DNA of 43,546 nt. It comes from an uncultured Salinisphaerales bacterium. Lineage in GTDB: Bacteria > Pseudomonadota > Gammaproteobacteria > Nevskiales > Nevskiaceae. The DNA is taken from assembly GCA_964644715.1 (NCBI GenBank), contig CAZXXM010000001.1:1-43546 (forward strand), read 5' to 3'. A model generated the notes under the pieces. That model searched no databases. It was given only the letters and a program-made list of their open reading frames with translations, and had not been told where the DNA came from. Below are positions 16,221 to 25,397 of the stretch, piece after piece. The position numbers and the translations under genes are program-made. How positions within the stretch are numbered: the first letter of the stretch is position 1; every line of letters begins with the position of its first letter.

Positions 16221-16903
16221 GCGACACCTCCTGCGAGCGCGAGGATCTGGTCAGAGGGTGGCTCCCATGCGGCGCCGGTCGGCGACCCCTGGGCCGCGCG
16301 CAGCGTGCGGATGAAATCCGCCACTGCCAGCACCGCGGCATTGAGCGCCGTCTGCAGTGCCTCCTGATTGTCCGCGGTCTTCGCGGCCACGTAGGTCGCC
16401 GCCAGCCCGCGCAGCTTCAGCACCAGCGGCTTCGCCCGGGCGTCGGCCGCCTTCAGCGCCGCCTTCACCGACTCGGGCGTCGTGGCGAGCGCGGCGAAGT
16501 CGGCCGCCTCGTTCACCAGCACGCTGTAATGTTCCGCCACAACGTAGGCGTACTCGTCCGGCGACTGCGCCTCCTTGTACGCCGCCTTCGTGCTCGTGCA
16601 GGCACCCAGCGCCAAGCCGGTGAGCACGATGCCCGCCAGGGCCGCCAGAATCGACAGGCGCGCGAATCCGCGCTGACTCGGCGGCACCGGGTTGATCGGC
16701 GACGCATTGCTCATCGACGCGAAGATCACCATCAGCACCGAGATCACCAGCATCGTGACCTTGTAGGTCTGCGGCTCCATCAGCTCCGCCAGGTCAGGAG
16801 ACAGCTGCAGCACGCTCAGCACCGCCATCGCGGTCGCCGACAGTTTCTGCTTGTTGTCCCAGAGGAAGAGGAAAAACTTGTGCAACAGGTCGGCAAAGGT
16901 CAT
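16217..16903 (-). CDS. Holin-like two-TM region fused to an internal lipoprotein signal and helical domain
   Basis: Two hydrophobic helices, then QRGF, a third hydrophobic helix and an LGAC lipobox. Confidence 0.7.
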   Translation of the reverse strand: MTFADLLHKFFLFLWDNKQKLSATAMAVLSVLQLSPDLAELMEPQTYKVTMLVISVLMVIFASMSNASPINPVPPSQRGFARLSILAALAGIVLTGLALGACTSTKAAYKEAQSPDEYAYVVAEHYSVLVNEAADFAALATTPESVKAALKAADARAKPLVLKLRGLAATYVAAKTADNQEALQTALNAAVLAVADFIRTLRAAQGSPTGAAWEPPSDQILALAGGVA

Positions 16904-16912
16904 GGGTCTCTC

Positions 16913-17332
16913 CTATGGATCGACGAGCTCGACGTGCGGGGCATCCATGAACGACTCGCCGGGATCGCGGGTGACCGTGCGAAAGTCCCCGTCCCAGTCC
17001 AGGCCGAACCGCAACCGCACCCCGCGCCGGTGCGCGATCGCCTGGATCACTCCCATCAGCCGACCGAAGGCGACGACGTCGCCCCAGTCGATCTTCACCT
17101 CCGGCAGCCACGGCGCCACGTCCACCGCGCGCGATGGCAGCGCGTTGTGTTTGCCCTTCGGCCACTTCAGCTTCGACTTGCCCTCGGCGAAGGCCTTGTC
17201 CTGGTCCGCCTGGTTGCGGTGTCCCTCGAGGACCGTGAAGTCCACGATCTCGATCGCCTCGTTCAGGATCTCCTGCAGACGGGCATCACACGTCGCGAGC
17301 CGCGCCCGCGACGTTGCGCTGAACTTGGGCAT
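16913..17332 (-). CDS. Endolysin, M15 family L-Ala-D-Glu peptidase
   Basis: DFTVLEGHR...SKLKWP..KHN..PSRAVD...DAPHVEL. Confidence 0.9.
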   Translation of the reverse strand: MPKFSATSRARLATCDARLQEILNEAIEIVDFTVLEGHRNQADQDKAFAEGKSKLKWPKGKHNALPSRAVDVAPWLPEVKIDWGDVVAFGRLMGVIQAIAHRRGVRLRFGLDWDGDFRTVTRDPGESFMDAPHVELVDP

Positions 17333-17336
17333 GGCG

Positions 17337-17801
17337 CTACAGGTCCGAGCAGTTCCGCTGCTCGTAGGCGACGCCGCCGCTGTACTTGAGATACCGCGGC
17401 TTGAGCTTGTTCATCTCGCTCTGCCAATAGTCGCGGTCGGCTTGCGTTGCCGCCGTGCACCGCCGGCGATTGAGATCTGTCAGCGTCTTCTCTGTGAGCT
17501 CGAGCAGCAACGAGTTCGAGACCTCGGCCTGCGTCGTAAGCCCCGCCTCCATCTTGTCGAGCCGCTGGAGTATGGGCTTCACAGCGTTTTCGATCTTCGT
17601 CTCCACCGGCTCGTTGCCATCCTTCGACCAGGCGACCTGGCCGATCATGGGCCAGCCGGCAAACATCGCCGGCATCACGAAGCCGTACAGACCGAGGAAC
17701 GCGCCGCATGCCACCAACGCCAAGCGCCGGCGGTACTGCCTGACGGCTTTCGGATTGGAGTCGTCAGGGAAAAACCAGCGCTCGATGGCCTCAAGGTTCA
17801 T
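17337..17801 (-). CDS. Single-TM membrane protein (holin or antiholin candidate)
   Basis: One TM helix after a basic stretch; directly upstream of the endolysin. Confidence 0.65.
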   Translation of the reverse strand: MNLEAIERWFFPDDSNPKAVRQYRRRLALVACGAFLGLYGFVMPAMFAGWPMIGQVAWSKDGNEPVETKIENAVKPILQRLDKMEAGLTTQAEVSNSLLLELTEKTLTDLNRRRCTAATQADRDYWQSEMNKLKPRYLKYSGGVAYEQRNCSDL

Positions 17802-17814
17802 CTGGGAATGACTC

Positions 17815-19953
17815 CTATGATCCGAACGAATCGTCGCGGAAAATGGTCACGCTCACCTCGAGCGTTGCGGTATCGACACCGTCGTCGCCCTCGCACTCAA
17901 AGATCGCGCTCACTTGCTCCTGATCCGCCAGCGGAGTCGCTGGTACGACACGGAATCCGGTCGTCGCCGACGACGGGCTGATCGCTTCCAGCTTCGTGCT
18001 GCCGCTGATGCGCGTCCAGGTGTAGGTCACCGATCCACCAGCATCGATCGGCGTCACGGTGGTCGTGTTGTTCGTGCTGCCGGTGCCAGTCCCGACCAGC
18101 GTCTTGAAGTGCGACTGACGATCCGCGACCAGGCGGAACCCAGTCGTGATCGTCAACGCCGCCGCTGGTACGCCATCCCCAGCCGGTGCCGGACCCGACT
18201 CAGTCCCGAACCGCCTGGCCTTCGCGGTGACCCAGTAGTAGCGGGTCGTCGTGTCCGACTTGATGACCGTGCGGCTGGTGCCGGTCAGGTTCGATGCGAC
18301 CGCCGTCGCCGACGAGAACGGCGTCGCCGAGGTGTACTCGTAAATCGTGTACAGGGTGCCGACCACGGCATTCGGTGGCGGCTCCCACTGGAAGAGGATG
18401 CCGTCCACGACCGGGGTCGCGGTGAAGTTCTCGGGCGGCGCCGGCACGAAGTCGCCATGCGTCGGGCCGACGCTCGAGGTGGGAACCGTGTAGTCGCCGA
18501 CCGCCGGGTCGTCCCAGTCGGACGCGAGCTCGTCGATGAAGGTGCACTCGAACGTCCAGTCCGGCAGCATCTTCCAGCTCTGGCAGCGCACCAGCTGGTT
18601 CACGATGCCCCACTCGTTCAGCGTCAGCCTGCCGACCTTGCCGGGCCGCACCTTGTAGGCCGTAGGCCCCCACCGGCCGGAGATCTCGAGCTTCCGGCGC
18701 GACCGCTTGAGGATGATGATCGCGTTGCGCTGCACCTCGTACTGGTTCGTGCAGGCCGGGAACTCGACCTCGCGCTCCTTGCGGCCGCCGTCGTTCGTCT
18801 CGTAGGTCGAATTGGAGCGCGGCTCGAACGGCAGCAGCTGGTAGTTCCGCGACGCATCGTAGAACTGACCGGGGACGTAGTTGTACTTCTTGTCGGCCGA
18901 TATTTCGGTCGTGACCGACACCCCGCCGACCAGGTCGTCGTCCGTGAGCGTGTAGTCGCTCGACTGGGCGGCGCCGGCGTACATCCGGTATTTCCCGCCC
19001 TGGAAATTGACGTAACCCATCATTGCCGAGGCGAGCAGGACGATGTTGTCGCGCCGCTCCGCCGGAGTCGTGGCGACGAAGATGCGGACGTTGCAGGTGT
19101 ACCGCTTCTGCGTCGACGGCGGGTTCGGCACCGACACCGTCTCGTCGCACTCGTTCGCCGCCGCCACCACGAGATCCCAGTCGATCTTCGTGGTCGGAAT
19201 CTTGCAGCCGACGTTCGTGTCGGTCAGGTAGTCGGCCAGGCACAGCGCCGGGTTCGTCGTATAGGCGATGTACGACGCGTTCGTCGGGTTCGCGCCCGGG
19301 CTGGTGTCGAGGCGCGGGTCGTAGCACTTCTTCCCCTTGACGAGGAACGACTGCTGCGGCTGCCCGGTCTGGTAGGCGTCCTCGTCCACCTGGAACTGGG
19401 TCGCGACGTAGGCGACGCCCCTGCCCCGATGGTTCGACGTCCAGGCCGTGAAGGCGGTGTCGAGGATGTAGTCGGCCGTCTGCCCGGAAGTTCCGAGGTA
19501 GCGCCGGATCCACGCCACGCCCTCGTAGGTGCCGCTGCCGCCGACCGCGCCGTCGGTCAGGGCGCCGGTAATTGAGCCGATGTCTGCGTCGGCGATCGTG
19601 TCCTGGTTGAAGTAGACGTCGGTGATGTCCTCGACTTCGTGACCGGCGATCGCGATGACCTGGTGCAGGAACTTGTTGCCGTCGCCAGACGTCCAGGCGG
19701 GGATCACGTTCATGCCGGACGTTCTGATCTGGCCGTAGATGATCGCCCGCGGCTCGACGGTGCCGCTGTACTGCACCTGGTAACTCGGGCGCGGCCGCTT
19801 CGGCTTCGGGGCAAGCGCCTGGGCCAGCGCCCCGGTCACGAACGAGATGCCGGCCGTCAGCAGGAACTTCGACAGCACCGGCCCGACGCCGGGGATGAAC
19901 GAGGCGGCGATCGCCAGACCGCCGAGGATAAAACCCTTGACGCCCTTGCCCAT
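17815..19953 (-). CDS. Tail tip / central fibre protein (gpJ-like)
   Basis: PRAIIYG, VKGKKCYDPR, NPALCLADYL, AANECDE and an FN3-like repeat. Confidence 0.88.
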   Translation of the reverse strand: MGKGVKGFILGGLAIAASFIPGVGPVLSKFLLTAGISFVTGALAQALAPKPKRPRPSYQVQYSGTVEPRAIIYGQIRTSGMNVIPAWTSGDGNKFLHQVIAIAGHEVEDITDVYFNQDTIADADIGSITGALTDGAVGGSGTYEGVAWIRRYLGTSGQTADYILDTAFTAWTSNHRGRGVAYVATQFQVDEDAYQTGQPQQSFLVKGKKCYDPRLDTSPGANPTNASYIAYTTNPALCLADYLTDTNVGCKIPTTKIDWDLVVAAANECDETVSVPNPPSTQKRYTCNVRIFVATTPAERRDNIVLLASAMMGYVNFQGGKYRMYAGAAQSSDYTLTDDDLVGGVSVTTEISADKKYNYVPGQFYDASRNYQLLPFEPRSNSTYETNDGGRKEREVEFPACTNQYEVQRNAIIILKRSRRKLEISGRWGPTAYKVRPGKVGRLTLNEWGIVNQLVRCQSWKMLPDWTFECTFIDELASDWDDPAVGDYTVPTSSVGPTHGDFVPAPPENFTATPVVDGILFQWEPPPNAVVGTLYTIYEYTSATPFSSATAVASNLTGTSRTVIKSDTTTRYYWVTAKARRFGTESGPAPAGDGVPAAALTITTGFRLVADRQSHFKTLVGTGTGSTNNTTTVTPIDAGGSVTYTWTRISGSTKLEAISPSSATTGFRVVPATPLADQEQVSAIFECEGDDGVDTATLEVSVTIFRDDSFGS

Positions 19954-20351
19954 CAGACCCGCCAGTGCGCGAGGGCGCAGGAAAGTGGGTAGAAGGACGG
20001 CGCGCAGTCAGCCTTCACCGCGATCACGGAACCGAGATAGATCCCGGCGCCGAGACCATCTTCGGTCTCGATCAGACAGACATCGCCCGGGCTGGCGTTG
20101 GCGCCGGGAATGCTGTCGCCCAGGAAGCCGGCGATCGCCAGCTCGATCCCGCCCTCGGCGCGGATGAACTGCCTCGCCGAGCGCCGGTCGTGGTAGCACT
20201 GCGCCAGCTTCGCCGCCAGGTCGCCGCCGGTCATCGCATCGACGCACCTGGCGACGAACGTGCAGCAATCGACCTGCCCGTAGGCGAACGGGGCAAACGC
20301 GCAGGTGTTCACCTCCCGCCAAAGACGGGAGACCCAGTCCTGCCGGCGCAT
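19953..20351 (-). CDS. NlpC/P60-like tail assembly protein
   Basis: PFAYGQVDCCTFVARCVDAMTG...PGDV. Confidence 0.8.
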   Translation of the reverse strand: MRRQDWVSRLWREVNTCAFAPFAYGQVDCCTFVARCVDAMTGGDLAAKLAQCYHDRRSARQFIRAEGGIELAIAGFLGDSIPGANASPGDVCLIETEDGLGAGIYLGSVIAVKADCAPSFYPLSCALAHWRV

Positions 20352-20977
20352 CAGAACGGCTGCCTACGGTTGCGCGGGCCAGGCGAGTGATCCACGCCAC
20401 CCGTCCCGCCATAGCCGACGTCCCGGGCGCCCCACTTGCCGACGAAGTTCGGGATCTCGTGCGTGAACTGGAAGAAGCGATCGCCGGCAAAGAGCGCCTG
20501 CTGCTGCTCGTCGGTGTAGCGGCTCGCCGCCGGATCCACCCGAAGCCAGTGCTCGCAGGTCAGGACGATCCGGCCCTGCCCGTGATCGACCTCGCCCTTC
20601 ATCACGTCCATGAACCCGGACCAGACCTCCTCGGGCGCGTCGGTCAGCGCCAGCGTTTCGGGGTTGAGCGGGACGACGTAGATCGTGATCGCCCGCCCCT
20701 GGTACTGCGTCGTCATGGCGTCGGTGATGATGTTCGTGTCGACGCCGGACAGGATCAGCTTCACCGGCTGGGCGATGAGATCCTGCCCTTCCTCGATCGC
20801 CTCGAGGCCGCCGAACGGGCCGGCCCCCAGCCAGGTAAAGCCGCCCCAGTCGAGGGTAGTATTCGAGTCGTTCAATCGCAGCCGGTCGCCAGGGATGTCG
20901 AGGTCGGCGAAGATGACCGGGACCACCGACTGCGCGGAGGCGGCCGCCTCATTGGCCGAGCTCGTCCAGCGGCCCAT
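20351..20977 (-). CDS. Tail tip protein (gpL-like)
   Basis: WSGFMDVM...RYTDEQQQALFAGDRFF; gene order. Confidence 0.8.
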   Translation of the reverse strand: MGRWTSSANEAAASAQSVVPVIFADLDIPGDRLRLNDSNTTLDWGGFTWLGAGPFGGLEAIEEGQDLIAQPVKLILSGVDTNIITDAMTTQYQGRAITIYVVPLNPETLALTDAPEEVWSGFMDVMKGEVDHGQGRIVLTCEHWLRVDPAASRYTDEQQQALFAGDRFFQFTHEIPNFVGKWGARDVGYGGTGGVDHSPGPRNRRQPF

Positions 20978-22546
20978 TTACGCGGCCTCGGCGAGCACGA
21001 TCTCGGCGTCGGAGAAGATGCCGGGCTTGTTGCCCCAACCGTTCGCGTCGGACTCGAGGAAAAACTTGCCCATCGGCTGGTTCACGATGATCGGGACGTT
21101 TTCGGCCGGTGCCGAGCGCCTGGCCGGATAGCAGTCGAGGGTCGCCCTGCCGGCCGCGTCGGAATTGACCGGCGACGTGACGATGTGGATCTGGTTGCCG
21201 ATCTGCACCTGGTCGCCAGGCAGCAGCAGCCCGTTCGTGCTGGCCGGCCAGCCCTTCGTATGCAGCGGGCCGGCGAGCGCCTGCGAGGCTGCGGCCACGG
21301 GCGCGGTCGTAGTAGCCGTCAGTCGGGTCGGGACCGACGATTGCTTGAGGTTCGCACGCCACGCATAGAGCAGCGATGCGCCGTCGCCGGTGTATGTGGT
21401 GCCGCCGAGGCTGTTCGCCATGTAGAGCCTGAGTGTCATACCAGTCGCCGCGTTCGTCTTTCGGCCCACCAGCGACAGGCCCCACCAGCCATCGCCAAGG
21501 TTCACGACAAAAGCGCGAGGGTTCGACCAGTTTGTCCCAGCCGTCGGAGTCCCGATCGCGCCCGTCGTCAAATTGATGTCGACGTAACAATCGAAGCCGC
21601 CGGTCTCTTCACGGATTGCCAGTCTTGCGAAGCTGCGTGTGCCAGCCTTCAAGCAAATGCCGGCCGCATAGTCGAGGTTGGTCGTACTGGCGACGGTGAC
21701 CGTCTGCCAAATATCGTGTGTATTGCTCGCGGTCGCGTCTTCGATGATTGAGTCGGCGGTCGTGGTGCCATCCGGCGCGGTTGTCGAATTGGCCGCGTCC
21801 GTGCTGCGCGTGTTCGTCCATGTGGTCGTGAAGTCGTCGGACTGCAGCAGCAGATTGCCGCCGTTGTCCACCAGCGCGCAGCGAGACAGCGAGCACCACG
21901 GGCATTCGATCCAGTCGCCGGTCATGGTGACGTTCTCGGCGGTGTCGTAGACCACCGGATAGGTAGAGCCGACCGACGTCGACATCGGCACGACTACCTG
22001 AGTCTGCAACCCCTGAGCATCCGCCGAATAATTCGAGACGCCGTCAATGTACGTCCCGGCATTCAACCCGGTGCGGCTGCGCGCACCGAGAATGCTGCGG
22101 AAGACGTGGGGCGCGTACTGGGTGACGGTGGGAGCCTGGTAGAAGGCGGGCGCGCCGGACGCGATATTCTTCGCGACCGTCACGCGCATGACGCGGTCGG
22201 ACACGGAAAGGGTCGATTGCTGGGACGACCAGCCGGTCACGCCGTTCGCGAAGGTGTTATTCGTCAGCAGTTCGGTAGCAGGGAACGAGCCACGCAGCCG
22301 GTTGCTGTGGTCGTGCGCCCAGATCCGGTGCGTCGCGCCCTGCATCCTCGCAAGCGCGTACTGGATCGCCGCCCGCTTGGCCGAGTTCGTGTTCTCGAAG
22401 TTCAGCGTCAGACGCATCCGCTCGCCAGGGCGCGATATCGTGCGCGTGAACCCGGACGTCGGAGATACGAACCGACCGGCGCTGCTCAGGATCTCAAGCC
22501 TGGACGCCGCCGGCTCGAGCAGGGTCGGCCAATAGAAGTCCGTCAC
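20978..22546 (-). CDS. Distal tail protein with inserted beta-sandwich domains
   Basis: Dit-like ends (FVSPTSG..RT; LLPGD.VQIG...SDAAGRATL..YP..R) flank an insert of about 320 aa. Confidence 0.75.
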   Translation of the reverse strand: MTDFYWPTLLEPAASRLEILSSAGRFVSPTSGFTRTISRPGERMRLTLNFENTNSAKRAAIQYALARMQGATHRIWAHDHSNRLRGSFPATELLTNNTFANGVTGWSSQQSTLSVSDRVMRVTVAKNIASGAPAFYQAPTVTQYAPHVFRSILGARSRTGLNAGTYIDGVSNYSADAQGLQTQVVVPMSTSVGSTYPVVYDTAENVTMTGDWIECPWCSLSRCALVDNGGNLLLQSDDFTTTWTNTRSTDAANSTTAPDGTTTADSIIEDATASNTHDIWQTVTVASTTNLDYAAGICLKAGTRSFARLAIREETGGFDCYVDINLTTGAIGTPTAGTNWSNPRAFVVNLGDGWWGLSLVGRKTNAATGMTLRLYMANSLGGTTYTGDGASLLYAWRANLKQSSVPTRLTATTTAPVAAASQALAGPLHTKGWPASTNGLLLPGDQVQIGNQIHIVTSPVNSDAAGRATLDCYPARRSAPAENVPIIVNQPMGKFFLESDANGWGNKPGIFSDAEIVLAEAA

Positions 22547-24405
22547 GCGAATGCCCCACGGCTCAGCTGGTCACGCCAGAACTCGTGGTATTCGCCGATG
22601 CCGGCCCGAACAATGCGATCGACATCCTGCTGGATGGCCGCCCGGTCGCTCCGCGAGTCGACATCCACAGAAATGACGAGGGGTGCGCTGATGGAGATGT
22701 TGCGCTGCACCTGGCGGCCCATCTTGTCCATCGGCACGATGGTCGCGCCACTCGTGCCGCCAAAGACTGGTTCTGGTCCTTTCTCGCCGGCGATCGCCCA
22801 TTCGCCAGGGTGAAGTGTCTTTCCCTCGGCCGCCAAACCGCGGAAGCTCGATGCCAGCCCGCCACCGCCGCTACCGCCGCCACCGCTGCCACCAACGCTC
22901 CCGAACAAAGCGCCGAGCGCCGTCCCGAGAAATCCGCCACCTGGGCCGGCCAGCCCGAGCCCCTTGAGCAGTTGCGCAGCGGCGATCTCAGCCGCCATGC
23001 GGCGGATGACGTTGATGAACCCGCGCAGCATCCCCTTGATGCCCTTGTCGAACGGATCGAAGAGGAAGTCCGCCAGGTAGGACTGGATGTTGCGGAACGC
23101 CTGCTCGGCGAAGACCGTCATCTCACCCAATGAGTCGCCGAAATTCTCGGCATTCTCCTTGTAGATCTCGTCCAGAACCTTCTGGTCTTCCTTGGCGCCC
23201 TTCTCGATCATGGCGCCCGCCTTGTCGATCTCGCGCTCGAACTCGGCATCGTCCAGCAGCGGCGTTGGATACTTCAGCTCCAGCGAATTGAGAAACTTCT
23301 CCTGCTCGATCAGCTCCTTGATCTCCGCCCGCATCCTGGCGTATGCCTTCGCCGCCTCTTCGGCTGCCTTGGCCTCTTCCTCGACCTTTTTCGCGGCCTC
23401 CTCCGCAGCGGCATTCTGCTTGGCCCGGATCGCGGCCATGTCGGCTTCGTAGCGCGCCATGATGCGCGGCTCGCTGAGCAGGTACTCCTGCCGCTCGGCG
23501 AGCAGCGCCATCTCGTCCCGAATCTCCTGCAGCCGGTCGGTCCGGCGCTGGCTCTCGCCGATGTGGCGCTGCTCGTCCTGCAGCTTGCGCTGTTCCATGC
23601 GCAGCGCTTCGACCTTTTCGTTGATCTCCTCCATCTCGTCGCCGGTGACGGAGAGCATGGCCCGCCAGCCGACGAAACCCTTTTGCAGCAGCTCAAAGTA
23701 CGCGCCCACCGGCTGTGCAAGCACGCCGGCGATCTCGGTCTTGAGCTTGCGAAACTGCCCAGCCGTCGCCTCGAGCTGATCGTCTAGCTTCGACAGGCGC
23801 TCCGCCTCAAGCGCATCGATCGTGATGCCAAGCCGGTCGGCTTCCTCGCGCAGTTCGCGAATGCCGCCAGCGCCCGACCGCAAGATCGGGTCCAGTTCGG
23901 TGCCAGCCTTGCCGAACAGCGTCATCTCGATGCGCGCGCGCCGGGTCGGGTCCTCGATCCCGCCCATGGCGTCGGCAATCATGTCGAGCTGCTGATCCGG
24001 AGACAGCGAGCGCAACCGGTTTGCTGACAGCCCGAGTTCATCCAGGACCTTGACGACGGCTTTGCCCTCGTCGTCCGTCGCACCCATCTTCTTGGCCAGC
24101 TGGTCCTGGCCCTTGATCAGCGACTCGAGCGACGTGTTGCCACGCTGGGCCACGTAGTCGAGCTGCGACAGAGATTCGACGCTGCGGCCGGTGCGCTCCG
24201 CCAGCGTCTTCATCTCGTCGCCGGCGGCCGCCATTTCGCGCACGAATGCCGCGGCACCGCCAACGATGAAAAGACTCTTCAGGCTCTGCCCGATCTTGCC
24301 CGCCTGGCGCTGCATCCCCTCGAGCCGGCGATCGACACGGGTCATTCCCTCCTCGAACTTCGCCGTGCGCGCGGCAATGTCGAAAAGGATGTTGTACAGG
24401 GCCAC
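22543..24405 (-). CDS. Tape measure protein
   Basis: Helical, Ala-rich; LFGKAG.EL; AGEKGPE; follows the tail chaperones. Confidence 0.9.
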   Translation of the reverse strand: MALYNILFDIAARTAKFEEGMTRVDRRLEGMQRQAGKIGQSLKSLFIVGGAAAFVREMAAAGDEMKTLAERTGRSVESLSQLDYVAQRGNTSLESLIKGQDQLAKKMGATDDEGKAVVKVLDELGLSANRLRSLSPDQQLDMIADAMGGIEDPTRRARIEMTLFGKAGTELDPILRSGAGGIRELREEADRLGITIDALEAERLSKLDDQLEATAGQFRKLKTEIAGVLAQPVGAYFELLQKGFVGWRAMLSVTGDEMEEINEKVEALRMEQRKLQDEQRHIGESQRRTDRLQEIRDEMALLAERQEYLLSEPRIMARYEADMAAIRAKQNAAAEEAAKKVEEEAKAAEEAAKAYARMRAEIKELIEQEKFLNSLELKYPTPLLDDAEFEREIDKAGAMIEKGAKEDQKVLDEIYKENAENFGDSLGEMTVFAEQAFRNIQSYLADFLFDPFDKGIKGMLRGFINVIRRMAAEIAAAQLLKGLGLAGPGGGFLGTALGALFGSVGGSGGGGSGGGGLASSFRGLAAEGKTLHPGEWAIAGEKGPEPVFGGTSGATIVPMDKMGRQVQRNISISAPLVISVDVDSRSDRAAIQQDVDRIVRAGIGEYHEFWRDQLSRGAFA

Positions 24406-24632
24406 TAGCTTTTCACCTGCTTCTTGATGGAGTGGAGGCCATCCTCGACGGCCCGGTTGAGCGCGCGCGCCTGCTCGGCCTCATCTGCGTTGCGCATGCG
24501 CAGCAGGTCATAAGCCTGCTGCTCGGCGAGCTCGGCGCTCGTGTGTCGGCTCAGCAGCTCGTTGACGGTCATCCCCAGCTCGCGCGCGAGCCCGATCCAG
24601 TAGACCCGGAGCGGCTGGGCTCTCAGTTTTTT
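24405..24632 (-). CDS. Tail assembly chaperone T part (gpGT by -1 frameshift)
   Basis: -1 frame after AAAAAAC reads LRAQPLRVYWIGLARELGMTVNELL...SAEL...KQVKS*. Confidence 0.85.
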   Translation of the reverse strand, partial: KKLRAQPLRVYWIGLARELGMTVNELLSRHTSAELAEQQAYDLLRMRNADEAEQARALNRAVEDGLHSIKKQVKS

Positions 24633-24970
24633 GAGAGGGCTTCGACCTCTTCGTCGGACAGCTTGTTGAGCCCATCAGCTGCCTTGCCGACACGCTCCAG
24701 AACTTTGCCGGACTTCGCCGAGACCTGTGCCAGATCGTCGAACGTGAAGATCCGCGTGCCACCCTCGTCGACGAGGCTCGCAATCGCCACCAGGCCGCGG
24801 TAGTTCTCGCGCAGCGTGTTCGCCTTGGCCATCTCGCTGATGCGGCGCTCGAGTTCGCCACGCTCGGTGCCGGTGAGCTCGCGGACGTAGAACTTGCCGC
24901 CCCACTCCGGAATGTCGATCTCGACCTTCTTGAGGTCCTGCGCCGCCAGGATCTGCTCGCGTGCCGTCAT
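24623..24970 (-). CDS. Tail assembly chaperone (gpG-like)
   Basis: IPEWGG.FYVRELTG.ER; ends SKN* on the slippery site. Confidence 0.88.
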   Translation of the reverse strand: MTAREQILAAQDLKKVEIDIPEWGGKFYVRELTGTERGELERRISEMAKANTLRENYRGLVAIASLVDEGGTRIFTFDDLAQVSAKSGKVLERVGKAADGLNKLSDEEVEALSKN

Positions 24971-25386
24971 CAGGACGTGCTCCGCAGCAGGGTCGGCGAG
25001 GCGCCGCCCGGCACGAAGCGCACGGGCGCCTCATGCAGCGCATTGATCTGGGTGCCGACCGGGTTGTAGGACGCGAGCAGCATGGTCGCGTTGTAGCCCG
25101 GGTTCGTGGCCGACCGGGCAGCCGTCGTCGGCCGGAATTCGACCGCGATGGCCGTGCCGACCAGCGGGAACAACGTCGCGTCGACGTTGCCGGCGGCGAA
25201 GTCCTGGGCGAACGTCACGTCCACCGAGTAATTCTTGAGCCCGGCAAGGAAGGTGTGCGTGCCGTCTCCCATGGTGGACTGGTCCACCGCGTCGGCCTCG
25301 TAGTTGATGGCGACCTGTCGCACCCGGCTCGACAGGTCCACCGCATTGACCGAGAAGAAGGCGTTCGTGAGAACGAGCTTGGCCAT
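24970..25386 (-). CDS. Major tail tube protein
   Basis: Directly upstream of gpG; D.STMGD..HTFLAGLK; NPGY. Confidence 0.8.
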   Translation of the reverse strand: MAKLVLTNAFFSVNAVDLSSRVRQVAINYEADAVDQSTMGDGTHTFLAGLKNYSVDVTFAQDFAAGNVDATLFPLVGTAIAVEFRPTTAARSATNPGYNATMLLASYNPVGTQINALHEAPVRFVPGGASPTLLRSTS

Positions 25387-25397
25387 GACCGATTACC

